Positions 36,237 through 38,856 of a DNA stretch of 38,856 nucleotides are shown one piece after another. The notes below the pieces were generated by a model. That model worked only from the letters and a program-made list of their open reading frames with translations, did no database searches and was not told where the DNA came from. Each line of letters opens with the position of its first letter. Within the stretch, counting starts at the first letter, position 1. This stretch comes from a virus (taxonomy: Duplodnaviria > Caudoviricetes): positions 1 through 38,856 of the IMG/VR virus record IMGVR_UViG_3300027774_000003. One strand, written 5' to 3'. A program made the position numbers and the translations under genes.

Positions 36237-36583
36237 AGACAAAGGACACCAGTGAAATCTACCAACTCGTTGAGAGAGCACTCGATGAAGCAGTGCTCAA
36301 CGGTAGATTCTTATTCAAAATGTATACCTACCTCAAGGCAGGCAAATGGACGCGAAGAGAGACCAATGAATTCATTGAGTCATCCACAGCGGCACAAGTT
36401 AGTAACGCAGTTGAGGAATTAAACGGTTACATTAAAGGGGGTGACAAGCAACTACGCGAAGCGTATGGGCACATCCCTAAACCAAAAGCAAGAAAGATTC
36501 GTGACTATCTCTATGGTATTCTTGAGGACGCTTGGAAATATCATGCAGAGAGAAAACCAGGCAGGAAGAAAAATGCTAAATAA
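36233..36583 (+). CDS. Conserved cyanophage hypothetical protein
   Basis: GTG start; LREAYGHIPKPKARKIRDYLYGILEDAWKY. Confidence 0.8.
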   Translation: MKTKDTSEIYQLVERALDEAVLNGRFLFKMYTYLKAGKWTRRETNEFIESSTAAQVSNAVEELNGYIKGGDKQLREAYGHIPKPKARKIRDYLYGILEDAWKYHAERKPGRKKNAK

Positions 36584-36607
36584 TTTACAAGACATATAGG
36601 AGGCGAC

Positions 36608-36844
36608 ATGGCTGATCTTTCTTTTCTCTACATCGCTTTCTTCCTGACCCTAGGATCCTTCATCTTAGGGTTTGTTGCGTCTTGGAATCTGAAAGCTGTT
36701 TACGACGAGTGGAAAGAGCGAGCAGAGTATGCTGCTGTTGTTATGCACCCTGAGATGCAGGGTGCTGATGGCATGGCAGACCCCGCTGATCTTCTTTACT
36801 TGCGTTTCACAGAAGAAGATGATATTATGGAAGACGATGAGTGA
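36608..36844 (+). CDS. Small membrane protein
   Basis: N-terminal TM helix, HPEM motif, acidic tail; AGGAGG SD. Confidence 0.8.
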   Translation: MADLSFLYIAFFLTLGSFILGFVASWNLKAVYDEWKERAEYAAVVMHPEMQGADGMADPADLLYLRFTEEDDIMEDDE

Positions 36845-36866
36845 ATGTAAACCTATTTCTTAAACT

Positions 36867-37304
36867 ATGAAACTGATGATTTCTGAAGTGCTTCAGAAAG
36901 CACATAATGCTAAGACTAAAGCAGCAAAGATCAAGATCTTGCAAGAAAACAATACCCAAACACTGAGGTCTGTCTTCATCATCAACTTTGATGAAACTGT
37001 TGTCCCTCGTGTGCCTCTAGGAGAAGATGTCCCTTACCGTCCTAACGAAGCACCTAAAGGCACTGAGCATACCTTGCTTGAGAAAGAAGGCAAGAAACTC
37101 TACCGCTTCTTTAAGGGAGGAGATGATACTCTCCCCACCATGAAGATTGAAAGCATGTTTATTCAGATGCTTGAAGGACTGCATGAGAGTGAAGCAGAAG
37201 TCCTTATCAAAGCAGTAAACAAAACCCTGCATAAGAAGTATCGTATTACTCAAGCCGTGGTGAAGGAAGCTTTTCCTGGTATTGAGTGGGGCGGACGGTC
37301 GTGA
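36867..37304 (+). CDS. Conserved T4-like hypothetical protein
   Basis: LMISEVLQK...ESMFIQMLEGLH..EAE...VVKEAFP. Confidence 0.85.
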   Translation: MKLMISEVLQKAHNAKTKAAKIKILQENNTQTLRSVFIINFDETVVPRVPLGEDVPYRPNEAPKGTEHTLLEKEGKKLYRFFKGGDDTLPTMKIESMFIQMLEGLHESEAEVLIKAVNKTLHKKYRITQAVVKEAFPGIEWGGRS

Positions 37305-37567
37305 GTAAGATCAAAACCATCCAATCAGATTGTCCTGCAACAGCGGCAGATGATAGATCTCTACCCTACACTGCCTACATTGTCTGCTATCTCATTGATG
37401 GCGAAGAGCACTACGATATTGTTAGTAGCTCTAAGAATGTAGATATATTTGACCACTACTGGGACAAGTATAAGAAAGATTTTAAGTGGTATAAACAGAC
37501 AGAAGGCAGAATTTCACCTAAACTATGGCAAGATCCAAATTCACCAAGTCCAAAGAAAGGAAAATGA
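37301..37567 (+). CDS. Conserved hypothetical protein
   Basis: GTG start; LPYTAYIV.Y, VDIFDHYWDKY. Confidence 0.8.
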   Translation: MSKIKTIQSDCPATAADDRSLPYTAYIVCYLIDGEEHYDIVSSSKNVDIFDHYWDKYKKDFKWYKQTEGRISPKLWQDPNSPSPKKGK

Positions 37568-37863
37568 ATAAAGATCAAGTGTATTTTGATCCACGACGTG
37601 CTGGTGAGCAGCAAGTTGAAGACATCAAAGCAGCAGTCGATGCTGCTATGAAAAAAGATGAGGAAGAGCAAGAGAAAATCAATAACATTGAGACAGGTAA
37701 AGCAATCGTAGCAGGACTTGGCACTCTCTTGATCTCTCCATTGGTCCTTATGTTTGTATGGAATCTTTGCATTCCTGCACTCTTTGGACTCCCTGTGCTA
37801 ACATACTGGTCAGGCATGGGACTAATTATTATTTCTCGCCTACTTTTCCAAAAGTATGACTAA
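37564..37863 (+). CDS. Membrane protein, hypothetical
   Basis: Two hydrophobic helices (..MFVWNL.IPALFGLP.LTYW..). Confidence 0.75.
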   Translation: MNKDQVYFDPRRAGEQQVEDIKAAVDAAMKKDEEEQEKINNIETGKAIVAGLGTLLISPLVLMFVWNLCIPALFGLPVLTYWSGMGLIIISRLLFQKYD

Positions 37864-38590
37864 TTATTCTGATCCGATCCAGCATTCTTCTAAGGTTTGC
37901 TTGGTATCTGTGACTCCCGATGCCGAAAAGCATATGGGATACGTTGCTCGTGTAAGCAACCCAAAAAATCAAAACAACCCTGAGGTTGCTGGTCTATTGC
38001 GTTATTGTATTAAGCATGGACACTGGTCTGTGTTTGAGCAAGCACACATGACTCTTGAAATCAATACTACAAGAGGACTGGCAGCACAGATTTTGAGGCA
38101 CCGTAGTTTTACATATCAAGAATTCTCTCAACGCTATGCAGATACAAATCTGTTGAGTGAAACTATTGAGGTGCCTGACTTGCGTCTACAAGACACAAAG
38201 AATCGTCAGAATAGTATCGACGGTGTGTCACAAGACCAGAAAGCTTTTCTCCAAGGTCGCATCCATCAATACTTTCTTGAGGGGATGGATCTTTATAATG
38301 AATTACTCCGTGAGGGAGTGGCAAAAGAATGTGCAAGGTTTGTGCTTCCTCTTGCTGCGCCCACTCGTATTTTTATGACAGGATCTGTGCGCTCTTGGAT
38401 TCATTACATTGAATTGCGTTGTGCTAATGGCACACAGAAGGAGCACATGGACATTGCTGAGTTGTGTAAACAACACTTTGCATGTCAGTTTCCTACTGTT
38501 GCTAAGGCACTTGACTGGTGTCCTGACACAGATGAATGCGGATGTCCCGAAGGTTGGGACGACTTACAACCATGCTTGAGGATAGACTGA
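37856..38590 (+). CDS. thyX: Flavin-dependent thymidylate synthase
   Basis: HWSVFE, QILRHRSFTYQEFSQRY, ECARFVLP, TQKEH. Confidence 0.97.
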   Translation: MTNYSDPIQHSSKVCLVSVTPDAEKHMGYVARVSNPKNQNNPEVAGLLRYCIKHGHWSVFEQAHMTLEINTTRGLAAQILRHRSFTYQEFSQRYADTNLLSETIEVPDLRLQDTKNRQNSIDGVSQDQKAFLQGRIHQYFLEGMDLYNELLREGVAKECARFVLPLAAPTRIFMTGSVRSWIHYIELRCANGTQKEHMDIAELCKQHFACQFPTVAKALDWCPDTDECGCPEGWDDLQPCLRID

Positions 38591-38820
38591 TGCCTACATA
38601 CAATGTAAAGAATCTCCAAACTGGAGAGAAAAAAGAATTGCGAATGTCAATGGTTGAATACAGCCAATGGCGTGAAGATAACCCCGACTGGGATAAGGAC
38701 TGGCAGGCAGGTTTGCCTGGCACCGTATACGGTGATCCTAAACAGTCGGACGGATTCAAAGAAGTAATGTCCAAAATACAGGAGAAACATCCTAGGGCAA
38801 ACTTGTCCCGTTACACCTAA
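38590..38820 (+). CDS. Conserved small protein (MPTY-type N-terminus)
   Basis: MPTYNVKNLQTGEKKE...DGFKEVMSKI. Confidence 0.8.
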   Translation: MPTYNVKNLQTGEKKELRMSMVEYSQWREDNPDWDKDWQAGLPGTVYGDPKQSDGFKEVMSKIQEKHPRANLSRYT

Positions 38821-38831
38821 ACCAACACTCT

Positions 38832-38856
38832 ATGCCTACATCTGTAAAGTCCAAGA
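38832..38856 (+). CDS. 5' end of the next gene (possibly phoH by synteny)
   Basis: MPTSVKSK at the window edge; identity inferred from typical cyanophage gene order only. Confidence 0.3.

Noticed and set aside
3406-38774. Many 60-155 aa antisense or off-frame ORFs inside core genes
   Set aside because: Shadows of conserved genes with no SD, motifs or promoters

Overview
A 38.9-kb segment of a T4-like marine cyanomyovirus (Synechococcus/Prochlorococcus phage). It holds the replication and nucleotide-metabolism core (hsp20, gp43 DNA polymerase, uvsX, gp41 helicase, mazG, gp61 primase, nrdA/nrdB, glutaredoxin, thyX), a block of late-promoter-driven probable virion/internal proteins, and an auxiliary region (three 2OG-Fe(II) oxygenases, tRNA-Arg(UCU), two hli genes, a lysozyme-like protein, a flavin-dependent halogenase, psbA, psbD, a small outer-membrane beta-barrel). 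The most striking element is non-coding architecture at 20977-21469: two tandem glutamine-riboswitch-like aptamers upstream of a YRG-motif (DUF4278-like) peptide, with a complete 52-codon ORF nested inside the P2 stem of the second aptamer. Other candidates are a ROSE-like thermometer on hsp20, HLR1 (RpaB)-like repeats at three promoters, a stand-alone structured RNA after psbD, and a nuclease/ligase-fold/nucleotidyltransferase late operon. All family assignments come from motif recognition; no database searches were run.
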